This document shows, piece after piece, positions 8,691 to 18,083 of a stretch of 64,000 nucleotides of DNA. Below the pieces are notes generated by a model, which did not search any database, was not told the DNA's origin, and saw only the letters and a list, made by a program, of their open reading frames with translations. A program made the translations under genes and the position numbers. The stretch's first letter is position 1. Every line of letters begins with the position of its first letter. Origin of the DNA: Candidatus Thorarchaeota archaeon (GTDB taxonomy: Archaea > Asgardarchaeota > Thorarchaeia > Thorarchaeales > Thorarchaeaceae); NCBI GenBank assembly GCA_016933575.1, contig JAFGAR010000088.1:32001-96000 (forward strand), read 5' to 3'.

Positions 8691-10919
8691 TCATTCTTCA
8701 ACATTAATTCTACCAGTTCCAACGCCTGTTACGATTCCAATTATAGATGCTTCAGAAACTCCCTGAGCCTTAAGGGATTCTACTAGGGTTTCAGCCCGAT
8801 TAACAGGCAGAGAGATCAGTAATCCGCCAGATGTCTGAGCATCTGCTAATAATAATTGAGTTGCTCTTGAGATACTATTGGCAAAGGCGACATATGGTTC
8901 TACATAGGCCAAGTTATTTATCGTACCACCGGGTACCACACCTGTTCCTGCTAAATCACGCGCCTCCTTCAAGATTGGAATAGCACTTACGTTGATTGAC
9001 ACATCCACGCGACTTCCAGCAGCCATCTCATACAAGTGTCCTAATAATCCAAAGCCGGTAATATCTGTGCAGGCGTTGACGCCAATTTGTGTCATTAGTT
9101 CTGCAGCCTGACGATTCAGTGTTGCCATGATCTTGGCAATTTTAGTCCTCGTCACTTCATCAAGTAGTCCTCGCTTGGCAGCTGTTGATAGGATGCCTAC
9201 GCCCAGAGGTTTGGTCAATATGAGAGCATCACCGGGTAGTGCAGTGCTGTTTCTTATGACTCTATCAGGATGGACTAGTCCTGTTACAGCAAGTCCATAC
9301 TTAGGTTCAGTATCATCAACGGTATGACCGCCAATGATACTTATTCCAGCCTCTGAAGCCTTGTCCTGAGCTCCACGTAAGATGTCTTGGAGAACCGAGA
9401 GAGGAAGACGGTTCGAGGGAAAACCTACAATGTTTAAGGCAAATAATGGTTTTGCCCCCATGGCATAAATATCACTTAGAGAGTTAGCTGCAGAAATTGC
9501 ACCAAACCAATAGGGGTCATCAACTATTGGAGTGAAAAAATCCACGGTTTCAACAATTGCTACATCATCACTAATCTTGTAGACTGCCGCATCATCAGAA
9601 GTTTCTACTCCAACTACTATTGCAGGATCAGATGGTAGTGAAAATCCCCGAAGCACTTCTTCTAGTGCTTGAGGTCTCAGTTTGCAGGCGCAGCCAAGAC
9701 CATGCGTATATCGGGTTAGTTTGTACTCACCAGATCCAATAGGAACTTCCAGTCTTAGTTCTGTGTCAAGAGGTTGTAATCGACGGACCGCCTCGATTAT
9801 GACTGGAGTTGCTCTATCAATATCATCTGTAGTGGTATCCCGACCCACTGAGAAACGAACTGTTCCCATAGCCCATTCTATAGGAACATGCATGGCTTCA
9901 AGTACTGCGGAAACATCAACTTTATCCGCATGGCAGGCAGCGCCCGCAGAGGCTGCAACTCGGTCATTTATCTCTGAGAGAAGTGTATTGGCCTCTACAC
10001 CTTTAAAACTGACACTCAATGTATTTGGTAAGCGTAACTCAGGATGACCATTGGTCTTGATAGCATCACTGCCCAGCTCTTTGACAAGTTGCTGGGAGAG
10101 TCTATCACGCATCTCACTGAATTGCAGCATATTAGTATTCAAATCACGTGATGCTATCTCACAAGCTTTTCCAAGCCCTACAATTAGAAGAACATTCTCA
10201 GTACCTGGACGCTTCGCACCCTCTTGTCCAGCTCCATGCATGAGCAGATTCAACTTAATACCCTCACGTATGTAGAGAGCACCTACACCTTTGGGAGCAT
10301 AGAGCTTGTGTCCAGCAATTGATAGTAAGTCAACACCAAGATCGTCTACCATTACTGGTATTTTCCCTACAGACTGGGCAGCATCGGTATGAATCAATGC
10401 ACCATGTCTATGTGCAATCTTTGCTAACTCCTGAATTGGCTGAATTGTACCTACTTCGTTATTTGCATGCATGATAGTGACAAGAATAGTATCCGAGGTG
10501 ATTGATTCCTCCAAATCCAATGGGTTTACAAGACCATATTCATCAACGGGAAGAATTGTGATTCGGAACCCCTGATCCTTTAGCCAAGAACAGACCTCAA
10601 CCACAGCAGGGTGTTCTACTGCAGAAGTAATGATATGATTACCTCGTTCACGATAGGCTAGAGCTACTCCTTTGATTGCATAGTTGTTGCTCTCTGTTCC
10701 ACCACTAGTAAAGATAATCTCTGATTGTTGACAACCAATTAATGACCCCACTTGAGACCGTGCAGTTTCCACAGCTCTCTTAGCAACAGATCCATAGGGA
10801 TGATTACTTGATGGATTCCCAAAGTGCTCATACAAATAGGGAGTCATAGTCTCAGCCACCTCTCGAGCAATCGGCGTCGTAGCATTATAGTCAAGATAGA
10901 TTGGTTTCTTATTCGACAT
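8691..10919 (-). CDS. selD: Cysteine desulfurase/selenocysteine lyase (NifS-like) fused to selenophosphate synthetase
   Basis: N-half has YLDYNATTP, FTSGGTE, HTDAAQ, GHKLY, SAGAACH. C-half has GLGCACK, DDAAV, TVDFFTP, NSLSDIYAMG, GGHT, TDITGFGL, DAQTSGGLL. Confidence 0.92.
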   Translation of the reverse strand: MSNKKPIYLDYNATTPIAREVAETMTPYLYEHFGNPSSNHPYGSVAKRAVETARSQVGSLIGCQQSEIIFTSGGTESNNYAIKGVALAYRERGNHIITSAVEHPAVVEVCSWLKDQGFRITILPVDEYGLVNPLDLEESITSDTILVTIMHANNEVGTIQPIQELAKIAHRHGALIHTDAAQSVGKIPVMVDDLGVDLLSIAGHKLYAPKGVGALYIREGIKLNLLMHGAGQEGAKRPGTENVLLIVGLGKACEIASRDLNTNMLQFSEMRDRLSQQLVKELGSDAIKTNGHPELRLPNTLSVSFKGVEANTLLSEINDRVAASAGAACHADKVDVSAVLEAMHVPIEWAMGTVRFSVGRDTTTDDIDRATPVIIEAVRRLQPLDTELRLEVPIGSGEYKLTRYTHGLGCACKLRPQALEEVLRGFSLPSDPAIVVGVETSDDAAVYKISDDVAIVETVDFFTPIVDDPYWFGAISAANSLSDIYAMGAKPLFALNIVGFPSNRLPLSVLQDILRGAQDKASEAGISIIGGHTVDDTEPKYGLAVTGLVHPDRVIRNSTALPGDALILTKPLGVGILSTAAKRGLLDEVTRTKIAKIMATLNRQAAELMTQIGVNACTDITGFGLLGHLYEMAAGSRVDVSINVSAIPILKEARDLAGTGVVPGGTINNLAYVEPYVAFANSISRATQLLLADAQTSGGLLISLPVNRAETLVESLKAQGVSEASIIGIVTGVGTGRINVEE

Positions 10920-11099
10920 GGAGTCACTCACCAAGAGAACAGGTTACTGTCCGGATAGCTCTAAACACAACCTTTCAATCTTACGAATGGACTGTGTACC
11001 AATAGTTCAAAAGGTTGAGGAATTATCAAGTTGGATAGAATATACTATCTTATGAAAGACATATACATCGCTATGTATTGACATAGAGAGGCGATTCTA

Positions 11100-11771
11100 A
11101 TGGGAATTACAATAAAGTGCATGGCGCATGCTACCTTCAAGATAAAGACAGAGAAACAGGTCATCTACATTGACCCAACAACCAAAGGTACAGGTCTCAA
11201 GAAAGACCACTTCGAACCAGCAGACCTGATTTTGGTTACTCATGGACATCAGGACCATTTTGACAAAGACTTACTCAAAAAAATCCGCAAACTTGGATCT
11301 CCAGTGATTGCACCACTAAATCTTCAGAAAGAGATGAAGGGGATTCCAATGTGGGATCTGAGCGAAGGTCAATTCATGAAGATGGCTGATGGTTCTGCAA
11401 CTATATGGGCTGTACCAGCATATAATGTGAAACGGTTCAAGTCTCCAGGTAATCCATTTCATCCAAAGGGATATGGACTTGGATATATCATTAAGATTGA
11501 CGACAAGAAGATCTATCATGCTGGGGATACTGATCTTATTCCAGAGATGGAAAAAATCACTGATATTGATGTTGCTCTCTTGCCCAGTGGAGACACATAT
11601 ACCATGGATAATATGGAGGCCGCAGAAGCAGCCATACTCATCAAACCAAAGGTCGCAATTCCAATGCATTTGAAAGACTCCAATCCCGAGGTCTTCAAGA
11701 ATGAAGTGGAAGCAAAATCATCCACAAAAGTTGTTATTCTCCGAAATGGAGAAGAATACACCCTCGAATAG
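11100..11771 (+). CDS. MBL-fold metallo-hydrolase
   Basis: THGHQDH, YHAGDT and PMH motifs. Confidence 0.88.
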   Translation: MGITIKCMAHATFKIKTEKQVIYIDPTTKGTGLKKDHFEPADLILVTHGHQDHFDKDLLKKIRKLGSPVIAPLNLQKEMKGIPMWDLSEGQFMKMADGSATIWAVPAYNVKRFKSPGNPFHPKGYGLGYIIKIDDKKIYHAGDTDLIPEMEKITDIDVALLPSGDTYTMDNMEAAEAAILIKPKVAIPMHLKDSNPEVFKNEVEAKSSTKVVILRNGEEYTLE

Positions 11772-11774
11772 ATG

Positions 11775-11810
11775 GAACAGGAGAGTAGTCTCCTGTTCAA
11801 CTATTTTTTT
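11775..11810 (+). terminator. Perfect 10-bp hairpin followed by a T tract
   Basis: GAACAGGAGA-GTAG-TCTCCTGTTC then a T run, between convergent genes. Confidence 0.65.
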
Positions 11811-11813
11811 AGA

Positions 11814-12311
11814 TTATCTCCAAGATTTTAGTTTCTGAAGTTCGTGCGCCTCGATATTGGGGTCAACCTCGAGCACTTCTACCTTTAGCATCTTATCACC
11901 TTGTTTTATCTGTTGGACCACATCAAAGCCTTCGATAGTCTGACCGAAGACTGTATGTCGACCATCGAGATGCTTTGTATTTTTCTCATCAAGAACGATA
12001 AAAAACTGGCTACCTCCAGTGTCCCTTCCTGCGTGCGCCATCGAGAATGCGCCAACTCTATGTTTTTGTTTCTGACCCCGTGTTTCACAGGGAATTGCAT
12101 ACCCAGGTCCTCCAGAACCAGTACCAGTTGGGTCGCCTCCTTGTATCACAAAATTGTCTACAACTCTGTGAAAAGTCAAACCATCATAGTACCCACTCTG
12201 GGCTAAAGTCACGAAATTCTTGACAGTATTGATTGCATCATCATTCCAAAACTCAGCAATAATATCGCCACGATTTGTTTGAATCTTAACCTTTGTTGCC
12301 ACATCAAACAC
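11814..12311 (-). CDS. Cyclophilin-type peptidyl-prolyl isomerase
   Basis: FHRVV..FVIQGGDP, SMAHAG.DTGGSQFF, HLDGRHTVFG motifs. Confidence 0.93.
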   Translation of the reverse strand: MFDVATKVKIQTNRGDIIAEFWNDDAINTVKNFVTLAQSGYYDGLTFHRVVDNFVIQGGDPTGTGSGGPGYAIPCETRGQKQKHRVGAFSMAHAGRDTGGSQFFIVLDEKNTKHLDGRHTVFGQTIEGFDVVQQIKQGDKMLKVEVLEVDPNIEAHELQKLKSWR

Positions 12312-12442
12312 CTAGACATGTATTGAACGAACTCAATCGCCCTTTCAGGACTGCTTGTACCATTCCTCTTAGGCATTCCGGAAGCGCATTTTTCAGGTCC
12401 AGCCTATCGGCTTATTAGGAAATTCTAGGAGTGAGAAAATAG

Positions 12443-13648
12443 ATGACAGTCGAGAGAGAATATACCGAGGGTAGAACAACCTTCCTCAGTGCAGATGTTG
12501 ATCACTATAGAGGTGATAAGAACCAAGTAACTGCAAGTATGCCAGTCTTCTATAATCCTCGAATGCGATTGAATAGAGATATTTCGGTCATTCTTTTCTC
12601 TGCGTATTTGAAGAGTAATCCTGTAGAAGTGATGTGTGAACCACTTACTGGGTCTGGTGTCAGAACGCTACGATATCTGAATGAATGTAATGATGCTATG
12701 ACTGCAAAGATGTTTGATGTTAATCCAAATGCAATAGATATCGCGCGAAGGAATATCAAACGTCTAGGATTTGAAGACAGAGCTCAGGTCATCAAGGGCG
12801 ATGCTAAACTCTTGCTAATGTCAGAATCCAGAGAGAAACGATTTGATTATGTTGATGTTGATCCCTTTGGTACTCCAGCACTCTATCTAAATGCAGCCAT
12901 CCAGTCTCTGAACCCAGATGGAGGGTTGCTTGCTCTAACTGCAACAGATATGCCTGTACTCTGCGGTTCATATCAAAAAGTGGCTCTGCGGCGATATGGC
13001 GGATTCTCACTAAAGGCTCCATTTGTTCATGAGGTTGCAATTCGTCTTCTTCAAGGTCTGGCATTTCGATTAGCGGGACTCAATGATGCTTCAATGAAGC
13101 CCATTGCAGTTCTGAGTACTGACCATTATGTTAGAACTTGGGTACGGATTGAAGCGGACAGAAAGGAATCAAATAGACAATCAGAAAGAATTGGGATAAT
13201 CAGATACTGTCAAGGATGTATGAAGACGGAAACACATCCACTCACACCAATTAGGGATGAAACATATTTTGAACATGCAATTAATGACTGTAAAGGTCCA
13301 ATACGAGAAGCAGGCCCACTGTGGATTGGTGACTTGTTCAATGGGAAGATACTCGAGCATGCTTGGGAGATATTTAGTCAAGAAGAAACGAGTATCTATC
13401 ATAGACGCGTTTCGAGAATTCTAGAAGAAATGAGAGAGGAGGATGAGTTGATACGATTTCCGTTTCTTGATATACATGCACTATGTGACTTGCATAATCT
13501 CACGCCTCCCAAGAACAGTGCCATTATAGAATACCTCAAGAACGCTGGATATAGAGTGTCCAGAACGCACTTCACGCCAACTGCAATCAGAACGGATGCT
13601 CCAACTCAAGAGATTGTATCATCGATTAGAAATCTAATAGGAAAGTGA
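12443..13648 (+). CDS. trm1: tRNA (guanine26-N2)-dimethyltransferase
   Basis: VFYNPRM..NRD, DVDPFGTP, TATD, GPLWIG, SRTHF motifs. Confidence 0.92.
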   Translation: MTVEREYTEGRTTFLSADVDHYRGDKNQVTASMPVFYNPRMRLNRDISVILFSAYLKSNPVEVMCEPLTGSGVRTLRYLNECNDAMTAKMFDVNPNAIDIARRNIKRLGFEDRAQVIKGDAKLLLMSESREKRFDYVDVDPFGTPALYLNAAIQSLNPDGGLLALTATDMPVLCGSYQKVALRRYGGFSLKAPFVHEVAIRLLQGLAFRLAGLNDASMKPIAVLSTDHYVRTWVRIEADRKESNRQSERIGIIRYCQGCMKTETHPLTPIRDETYFEHAINDCKGPIREAGPLWIGDLFNGKILEHAWEIFSQEETSIYHRRVSRILEEMREEDELIRFPFLDIHALCDLHNLTPPKNSAIIEYLKNAGYRVSRTHFTPTAIRTDAPTQEIVSSIRNLIGK

Positions 13649-13656
13649 GAGAATAA

Positions 13657-14289
13657 ATGCCAAGAAAAACAGAAGGAGAGCGTCGTAGGAGTGACCCATA
13701 CTATAAAGCAGCCAAAAAACAAGGATATCGAAGTAGATCAGCTTACAAGATAAAACAAATGGCAAAGAATAACAAAATTCTACAAGGCGTTGACGTTGTT
13801 CTCGAACTCTGCAGTGCACCAGGAGGTTGGACGCAGGTCTTACGCGAGCTTGATAATACTCTGCGTATAGTAGCAATTGATCTTGATGCGATGCAATCAG
13901 TTCAGGGGGTACATTTCATTCAAGGAAGTATCCTTGATGATGATGTGATTAAAAAGGCAGAAGATTTGACTGGAGGGGCTTTCGATTTGGTGCTATCTGA
14001 CTGCTCCCCCAAGGTATCAGGACAGTGGGAGCTTGATGTTGTGAGACAGTTAGAGTTAGCAGAACGTACTTTTAAGATTGGACAGAGAGTGCTAGGTCCA
14101 AATGGAAAAGCTCTTGCCAAGGTATTCCAAGGAAAAGGGTTTCAAGATTTTATCAAGAACATCAAAGAGATGTTCAACACTGTAAAGCTGATCAAGCCTC
14201 CAGCATCACGAAAATCAAGTGCGGAGATATACCTTCTAGCTACTGGACCACGCAAGGAACAGGCAATTGAAGAGAACAAAGACATTTAG
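13657..14289 (+). CDS. rlmE: 23S rRNA Um2552 methyltransferase RlmE/FtsJ
   Basis: YRSRSAYK, APGGW, VLSD, KVFQG, KP.ASR..SAEIY motifs. Confidence 0.92.
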   Translation: MPRKTEGERRRSDPYYKAAKKQGYRSRSAYKIKQMAKNNKILQGVDVVLELCSAPGGWTQVLRELDNTLRIVAIDLDAMQSVQGVHFIQGSILDDDVIKKAEDLTGGAFDLVLSDCSPKVSGQWELDVVRQLELAERTFKIGQRVLGPNGKALAKVFQGKGFQDFIKNIKEMFNTVKLIKPPASRKSSAEIYLLATGPRKEQAIEENKDI

Positions 14290-14633
14290 TTGATGTCTGC
14301 GCCTAACCAGTCTTCTAAGTCTCGACAGGTGACTGGAGATTCTGGTTGTCTAACACCACAACGACTAATTTTCAAACAGTGAAAACAGGGGCAGCCATTC
14401 ATGTCAGTTAGACCACTAGGCTCGGAGTCTTCAGTGAGTACTGTCCGTACAACATATCTTTCGGTTTCGGTTTCTTGTTTCTGCATTATTCTTCCCTCGG
14501 ACATCAGAGCCTTTAGAGCTGACGTGATTTGTTCGGGGTCAATACCAAGCTTATCCAAAAGGTCAGCGACGCTTAGACCATCTTTGCTTGCGCTTTCTAA
14601 TTCACTTAGAATCTGGTCAGTTACATCGTTCAT
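14286..14633 (-). CDS. TFE-beta / RNA Pol III RPC34-like protein (winged HTH plus Fe-S Cys cluster)
   Basis: N-terminal wHTH; C-terminal CPCFHC-x5-C...P.TC..L..WL. Confidence 0.75.
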   Translation of the reverse strand: MNDVTDQILSELESASKDGLSVADLLDKLGIDPEQITSALKALMSEGRIMQKQETETERYVVRTVLTEDSEPSGLTDMNGCPCFHCLKISRCGVRQPESPVTCRDLEDWLGADIN

Positions 14634-14761
14634 GGATACGACCCTTGAATAAACACATGGCAACATCGGACGAAGTACACAGACCGATATTTAACTATCG
14701 GAAGCTACACGACATAATCGGCAAACGTCGTAGAATAAATAGCACGGATGTACAGTTGTGT

Positions 14762-15001
14762 TCATTGGCTTTTTTGCATGTAGAGCATTTGTCCAATGAG
14801 TTGACTAGTATCATAATCCCTGTTTGGGCGAATAGCAACATAGGGATTCTGTACAGGTCCGAAGACGTCCATAATTTTACCGACTATCTGTGCCTTCTTA
14901 TCCATCACAACGGACTTGTCACCTACAGGAGGAGTCTTCTCTGTTTTGACAATGATGGATCCACGATTTGATATGTGGAGGACTGTACCTAATCGTCGCA
15001 T
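14762..15001 (-). CDS. gar1: H/ACA RNP subunit Gar1
   Basis: LG.VLH...VGKIMDVFGPVQNPY. Confidence 0.9.
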   Translation of the reverse strand: MRRLGTVLHISNRGSIIVKTEKTPPVGDKSVVMDKKAQIVGKIMDVFGPVQNPYVAIRPNRDYDTSQLIGQMLYMQKSQ

Positions 15002-15025
15002 TTATGTGACCTCCGACAAGATTGA

Positions 15026-15382
15026 TTATCTTCTACGTTTCTGTTTCTTGTTCTTTTTCGATTCTAGTGCCTGTCTGGTAGATTCGCGTTGAGCAACAGC
15101 TCTTCGAACACTCTTTGCTAGCATGAGCATGATTCTCTTCTTCTTATGACCTTCCTCGTTAGTGAGAACCAGATATCCCTTCTTTTCACTCCAATTACGA
15201 GGATATCTCTTGTCACGCTCCACCTCGAAGTCAAATCCGGATTGCTCTGCTGCCTCAGCAAGGATATCTATGTTAATATCTGAAGCAGCAAGATTGCTTG
15301 GCAATCTACGACCTTGGAGTCGGGTATAGTTCTTCTCAAAGTAAGCTGGCCAGAATATGAGCTTACCACTCTGTTTTCTCAT
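15026..15382 (-). CDS. srp19: Signal recognition particle protein SRP19
   Basis: IFWPAYF....R..GRR and KRYPR motifs. Confidence 0.9.
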   Translation of the reverse strand: MRKQSGKLIFWPAYFEKNYTRLQGRRLPSNLAASDINIDILAEAAEQSGFDFEVERDKRYPRNWSEKKGYLVLTNEEGHKKKRIMLMLAKSVRRAVAQRESTRQALESKKNKKQKRRR

Positions 15383-15538
15383 TCTGTAAGCATCCGTCTT
15401 TCGATATTGATAGTCTATCTGTTCTACTTTTTACCTTTCCCATGGAAATCTAAAGGAGATCATTCGGGCATCCCGATGGGGAACTTCTTAAGCAGCTACA
15501 TTGGACTATGAGATTATCGAAGAAAGGATGATTGCCAC

Positions 15539-16024
15539 TTGAATAGAAAGAGCAAGGATGTTTATTTTTCTGAGATAGCGGACTTGGTATCATCAAGAAG
15601 TACTTGTCTTAGAAACCAAGTCGGTGCTGTGATAGTAAAAGAATCACAAATTCTGAGCACGGGATATAATGGCGCCCCAAAAGGACTTCCTCATTGTTCA
15701 GAGGTTGGTTGTCTGAGAGATCAACTGGGTGTTAAACCTGGGGAACGTCATGAACTATGTAGAGGACTTCATGCAGAACAGAATGCAATAATCCAAGCAG
15801 CCTATCATGGTGTTAGTGTGCGAGGGTCCAAGATGTATTGTACAACAAAACCTTGCAGCATTTGTACTAAGATGATAATAAATGCTGGAATTGAAGAGAT
15901 CATCTATAATGAGGAGTATGAAGATACTCTAGCAGCACAATTATTGAAAGAGTCGGCACTCGTTCTTAGGAAAGTAGAGATTCCTAGGCAGTATGGAAGA
16001 AACAGCAAGAAAACAGAGATCTGA
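15539..16024 (+). CDS. dCMP deaminase family protein
   Basis: RSTC, TGYNG, HAEQNA, PCSIC motifs. Confidence 0.9.
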   Translation: MNRKSKDVYFSEIADLVSSRSTCLRNQVGAVIVKESQILSTGYNGAPKGLPHCSEVGCLRDQLGVKPGERHELCRGLHAEQNAIIQAAYHGVSVRGSKMYCTTKPCSICTKMIINAGIEEIIYNEEYEDTLAAQLLKESALVLRKVEIPRQYGRNSKKTEI

Positions 16025-16084
16025 ATTATCTGGAAACCTTAAAGAGTGACTTACTTCCAGATTTAGTCCCAGGTGCAATAACAC

Positions 16085-16999
16085 ATGGGTGAACTCCGAA
16101 ATCTCATCAGTATGAAGGACTTGGATAGAAAGCAGATTGACCATATTCTTGATGTTTCAAGTAAGATGGAAGATGTTGCTATAAAACGGAGTAAGGATCT
16201 TGAGTCTAAGATAATGGCTGTACTGTTTTTTGAACCATCAACTCGCACACGCCTCTCATTTGAAAGTGCTATGTTGCGTCTTGGGGGGAGTGTTCTGGGG
16301 TTTGCAGAAGCAACGACCTCAAGTGCTGGAGGAAAGGGAGAAACCCTTGCAGATACGATTAGAACCGTCGAGAGATATGCAGATATCATAGTAATTAGAC
16401 ATCCATTGGACGGGTCAGCCAGAGTAGCTGCTGAATTCTCAAGCATACCAGTGATTAATGCAGGAAGTGGTTCCGAGGAACACCCAACACAGGCACTATT
16501 GGACCTATATTCGATAAAGAAATTCAAAGGGAGCATTGATGGTCTATCAATATCTCTGTGTGGAGACCTAAAGTATGGTCGAACAGTTCATTCTCTGGGA
16601 ATGGCACTCACAAATTATAATGTAAGCATTAAACTTGCGGCTCCACAAATGTTGAGAATGAAGCCTGCAGTGATTGAGGATATGAGAAAAGCTGGAGCAG
16701 AGGTCATAGAAGTAGACAGTGTTGAAGAGGCAGTGAAAGACGTAGATGTAATTTATATGACACGAATTCAGAAGGAACGATTCCCAGATCCACGTGAGTA
16801 TGATAAAGTGGTTGGGCGATTCAGTATCACAGCCGATGATGCACCTCTGATGCGGGATGATGCGATTGTTCTACATCCACTCCCACGTGTGGATGAATTA
16901 AGTGCAGATTTGGATGGCCTTCCTCAGGCAAGGTATTTTGATCAGGTCTACAATGGAGTCATTCTCAGAATGGCAATCCTCAAGATGATTCTTGGTTAG
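16085..16999 (+). CDS. pyrB: Aspartate carbamoyltransferase catalytic subunit
   Basis: FFEPSTRT, HPTQ, GDLKYGRTVHS, RIQKER, HPLP motifs. Confidence 0.96.
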   Translation: MGELRNLISMKDLDRKQIDHILDVSSKMEDVAIKRSKDLESKIMAVLFFEPSTRTRLSFESAMLRLGGSVLGFAEATTSSAGGKGETLADTIRTVERYADIIVIRHPLDGSARVAAEFSSIPVINAGSGSEEHPTQALLDLYSIKKFKGSIDGLSISLCGDLKYGRTVHSLGMALTNYNVSIKLAAPQMLRMKPAVIEDMRKAGAEVIEVDSVEEAVKDVDVIYMTRIQKERFPDPREYDKVVGRFSITADDAPLMRDDAIVLHPLPRVDELSADLDGLPQARYFDQVYNGVILRMAILKMILG

Positions 17000-17721
17000 G
17001 TAGGATCAAGACTACGAAGCTCACGAGTCAACAGATCCAGAGACCCTATCTTACTGACTGCAAGGGGGATTCGCATCTGTTCGGCAAGTTCGATGGGTAA
17101 ACGGTCTACTTCAGTTACACCATGCAATATGACAAGAGAGGGTTTGAACTCCTGGGACTTGATGGCAATCATCGGAGCTCGACCAGTATTCACATTTGTG
17201 AAGAGAAGACATCTCTCAGTGGTCGCACCAAAGAGTTTGAGAAAGGCATCACTATTCAATTCCTTCACAGCTCGTTCTACATCAACAAGAGTATATCCGA
17301 ATATTTCTCGGTCCAGATATTTCTCTCCAGCAAGAACCGAACATTTTAGCTGCTTGCAGAAATCCTTTGAACTGATAGGTGATTGAAAGTCACTCATTGC
17401 CAAGACAATATTGAGATCAACCAGACTAACATCCATCAGGCGTACAAATGCGGCAACTGTCTGTCCGCCATTCCGTTCATCGAGACTCAAGAGAGCCATC
17501 ACAAAACGACGAATTGTCGATGTCCCAGGTGACTTCCTCCTTCCAGACTCGTAATCACTAATGACACTAGGACTGATACCAAGATGCTCTGCGAGAACAA
17601 TTTGAGGGAGTCTAAACCGCTCTCGCCACACTCTCATGGCCTGACCTGGACTCTCGGACAGGGCTATCTCACCAGCAATGCGACGAGCAAGTCGGTCTCG
17701 AACCGAGGATTGATACGACAT
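16996..17721 (-). CDS. Archaeal XRE-type HTH transcriptional regulator (COG1709-like)
   Basis: RIAGEIALSESPG, SPSVISDYESGRRKSPG, TGRAPMIAIK motifs. Confidence 0.85.
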   Translation of the reverse strand: MSYQSSVRDRLARRIAGEIALSESPGQAMRVWRERFRLPQIVLAEHLGISPSVISDYESGRRKSPGTSTIRRFVMALLSLDERNGGQTVAAFVRLMDVSLVDLNIVLAMSDFQSPISSKDFCKQLKCSVLAGEKYLDREIFGYTLVDVERAVKELNSDAFLKLFGATTERCLLFTNVNTGRAPMIAIKSQEFKPSLVILHGVTEVDRLPIELAEQMRIPLAVSKIGSLDLLTRELRSLDPT

Positions 17722-18083
17722 TACACGATTTTCTGTGAGAGATGAACATAAGGATTTCGACTATTGACGATGTATACCCCGGTCAAACATCTGTTTATCA
17801 TAGTTATCCCGAATTGAACTGGAAAAATAGAGATGGGCGCTATGCTGAGAACTCATCAAACCCTTTTCCAAATGAGATGAAGAGTCAGAAACAAGAGATG
17901 GTGGGTCGGGGGAGATTTGTTCCAATAGGGAGAAGTTCCCTATTGATTGAACTCCCGATCCCTTGGAATCTTGCTTACGAACAGATGTCCGCAAGACCCA
18001 AACCAAGAATCATAGCCAATCTAGACCACCGGCCCGTTGGTATGAATTTCCTCTCAATTCTAGTTATAAGAATATCTCTGGAA

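Noticed and set aside
9690-9710. Selenocysteine in the SelD active site
   Set aside because: The codons encode Cys (GCACK); there is no TGA.
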